From contig ADNK01000289.1 in assembly GCA_000320545.1 (NCBI GenBank), positions 1 to 48,967 on the forward strand: a DNA stretch of 48,967 bases, in the 5' to 3' direction. Below are positions 46,736 to 48,967 of this stretch, one piece after another. The position numbers and the translations under genes were made by a program. Numbering within the stretch: the first letter of the stretch is position 1; each line of letters begins with the position of its first letter. This stretch comes from Bigelowiella natans CCMP2755 (Eukaryota; Protista; Cercozoa). The notes beneath the pieces are model-generated. The model was not told the origin of the DNA. It saw nothing but the letters and a program-made list of their open reading frames with translations, and searched no databases.

Positions 46736-47076
46736 GCAGCATGCACACAGTCGATCAGTGACACATGCATGCAGCAAGCAACGCATGAAACTCCTTGCTA
46801 GCTGCTTCACAATGCTGACGAGCGCACTGAACGTTTTGTGCGCATTGCTGTGGCAATGTCACATATGCAGGGCAATGCTAATGCTAGCGTGCAACAAACG
46901 GAACAGCGCGTCGCCGTAGCTTGTACAATAATCCCATACACAGTCAGCTTGCAGTCTTTGTCACGTGGGTAAGTGGATGCTGGCGGTGGATACACCATTT
47001 TACCTCGAAATTTATTCATCTTTTGTGTGGCGTGCTATGTAATACATATATCAAAAGTTAAATATAAAAAATACAA

Positions 47077-48009
47077 TTAAGGCATTAGCTTCGCACGAGC
47101 TTTCCTTATCATCTCCGCTCGTGCTGCGTTCACAGTCTGCAGATCTGAAAAAATAAATGTTGTTGTGGAGTTAACAAAGGGCTGTCTAGACAAGAGACGA
47201 TGTTCATAAGAAAGCACACACACACACACACACAGCAACAAGATATATGTTAGTGCATTTCGAGATAAAACTCCAGTGATTGCCCTTCTTTATCATAATT
47301 ATTACGTTCGGAGAGGAGTACAAGATGTGAGATCTTTGCACGTTACTCACCGTCCGGTAAGCCCCCACTCGGTGCATTATCTTCCCCGTTTCCTCCTCCT
47401 CCTCCTCCTCCTTCAGCCTTCTTCTCAGTCGTATCGTTGTTCTTGGTCTCACTGCTGCTTTCGTTAGATGTAGTAGCTGCTCCCGTACCCTGTGCCGCTG
47501 TCGTCGAAACCGCAGCCGTCCTTGATGCCAGTGCTGCTACTGCTGCTGCTGCTGCTGCTGGAGCTGGTTGTGGTGGTGCTGGTGCTGATGCTGTTGTCGT
47601 TGCTGCTGTAGGCTGGACACTTGCCCATCCGACTTTGATTGGCCGAGAGCACAACTCAAACCTGAGTGCGTATGCATCATGGCAATGATAAGAAGGAGCG
47701 TGGGGAAGATATATGGGGAGAAGGGATGACTAATCATAGCCAATAACTATAACAACAACAACTACTACTACCCGTTCATGTTGTCGATGGCTTCCTGCGC
47801 ATCTTCCTGCCTTTCAAACTCGATGAATCCGTACCTTGGTGGAGTCATTATCATAAGATATACCAAAGGGAGATTCACCATTAGTCGTTGATGATAGGGG
47901 AAGAGACATCAGTGGTGGTGGTAGTGGTGGTGGTGACAGTCGGGTTTTAAAATACATGTTGTACACGAACATGCACAATATTATATTCATTTATATTTCT
48001 AAATATATG

Positions 48010-48046
<37 letters not shown>

Positions 48047-48126
48047 ACCCCTTATGTAAGCCATTCTCCGGGTTTGGAATCAATTCACAAGACGTAATCT
48101 GGGGATTAGAATGATGGGAGGATAGA

Positions 48127-48159
<33 letters not shown>

Positions 48160-48524
48160 ACACTCATAGAAACATAATTCTATGCTAATATATATAAGGG
48201 AGTAGGGTACTTCTTGTTGTATACTATGTCGTCAAGTCATTTATATTGCCAGATGCATCAACTATCATAATCACCTTCCCGAAAGATTCGAACACCTCCC
48301 TTACGTGGTCCGTCTTCAAGTTGTAGAAGACGGATCTGATAGTGCACCATTTTAAATAATATTTGAGTTTATTTATTTTCATAAGGAGGAGGAGGAGAAG
48401 GAGGAGGAGGAGGAGGAAGGACCATTGATGTATATGCTACAATTGCAGTGACTGTGCACAATTCCTGCAATATCTTCCCAATTTCATTCTCGCATATCAT
48501 CATGTATAGACCCAAAAAAGTATA

Positions 48525-48557
<33 letters not shown>

Positions 48558-48967
48558 TTCATTAATATGCTATCTAGTACTGCAATTAGAATGCTGATGC
48601 TACTGCTGCTACCCAACGTAAATGCGAGTCTTTGGACCGGCTTGAACAGTGGGTCGTGAGGCCTGCATTTGCTGTTGTCTCTGTTGCATCTGGGCTTGGA
48701 GAAGAGCTGATATTTGTGGGCATTTGGTTTGATGATGATGATAGCAATGATGAGAGTACTGTTGCAAATGTGAGAAAATCATGGCTGTTTGTGAGTAATT
48801 TAAGAACGGTATATATATAACGGAAAGCTTGGTTGATTCTCGATGACATTGGTATATGTGTTGTTGGTATTGTTGTCATTCGTTGCTGTTGCGGCCTACT
48901 ACTACTACTTCTACTACTACCAACGCTAGGGTCGATTCCCGACATTGCGGCTTGTGCGCAATCATAA
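47077..48967 (-). CDS. RRM splicing-factor-like protein (PUF60/RBM39-like), 3' part; 5' end outside the window
   Basis: Spliced RRM reads TRIYVGSVFYNLKTDHVREVFESFGKITSCELIPNPENGLHKGYGFIEFERQEDAQEAIDNMNGFELCSRPIKVGWA. Last exon DLQTVNAARAEMIRKARAKLMP*. Confidence 0.8.

Overview
This is eukaryotic (protist/algal-type) nuclear DNA: gene-dense, with many short GT-AG introns and microsatellites. It holds about 11 host genes: ABC-F ATPase, mucin-like membrane protein, DnaJ protein, SDR, LRR protein, CCDC174-like, a divergent SelO-like kinase-fold protein, PUB-like, PUF60-like RRM and several unknowns. It also has a sugar-porter pseudogene and two copies of one very young Ty3/Gypsy LTR retrotransposon: a complete copy at 23534-29249 (minus strand, 4-bp TSD) and a 3' end at 1-624. 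Two signals stand out. (1) Sharply bounded 0.5-0.7 kb islands have lost almost every TpA except in CTAG, while CpG is kept. Conserved Tyr codons in the pseudogene read TGC/CAC, which points to a RIP-like A>G (TpA>TpG/CpA) hypermutation process. (2) The Gypsy integrase has a shortened D-D(27)-E core and ends in a degenerate DIRS/phage-Dam-like adenine methyltransferase domain instead of a chromodomain, and both insertions sit in TpA-depleted islands. All counts and alignments were done by eye, and exon structures of the multi-exon host genes are approximate.
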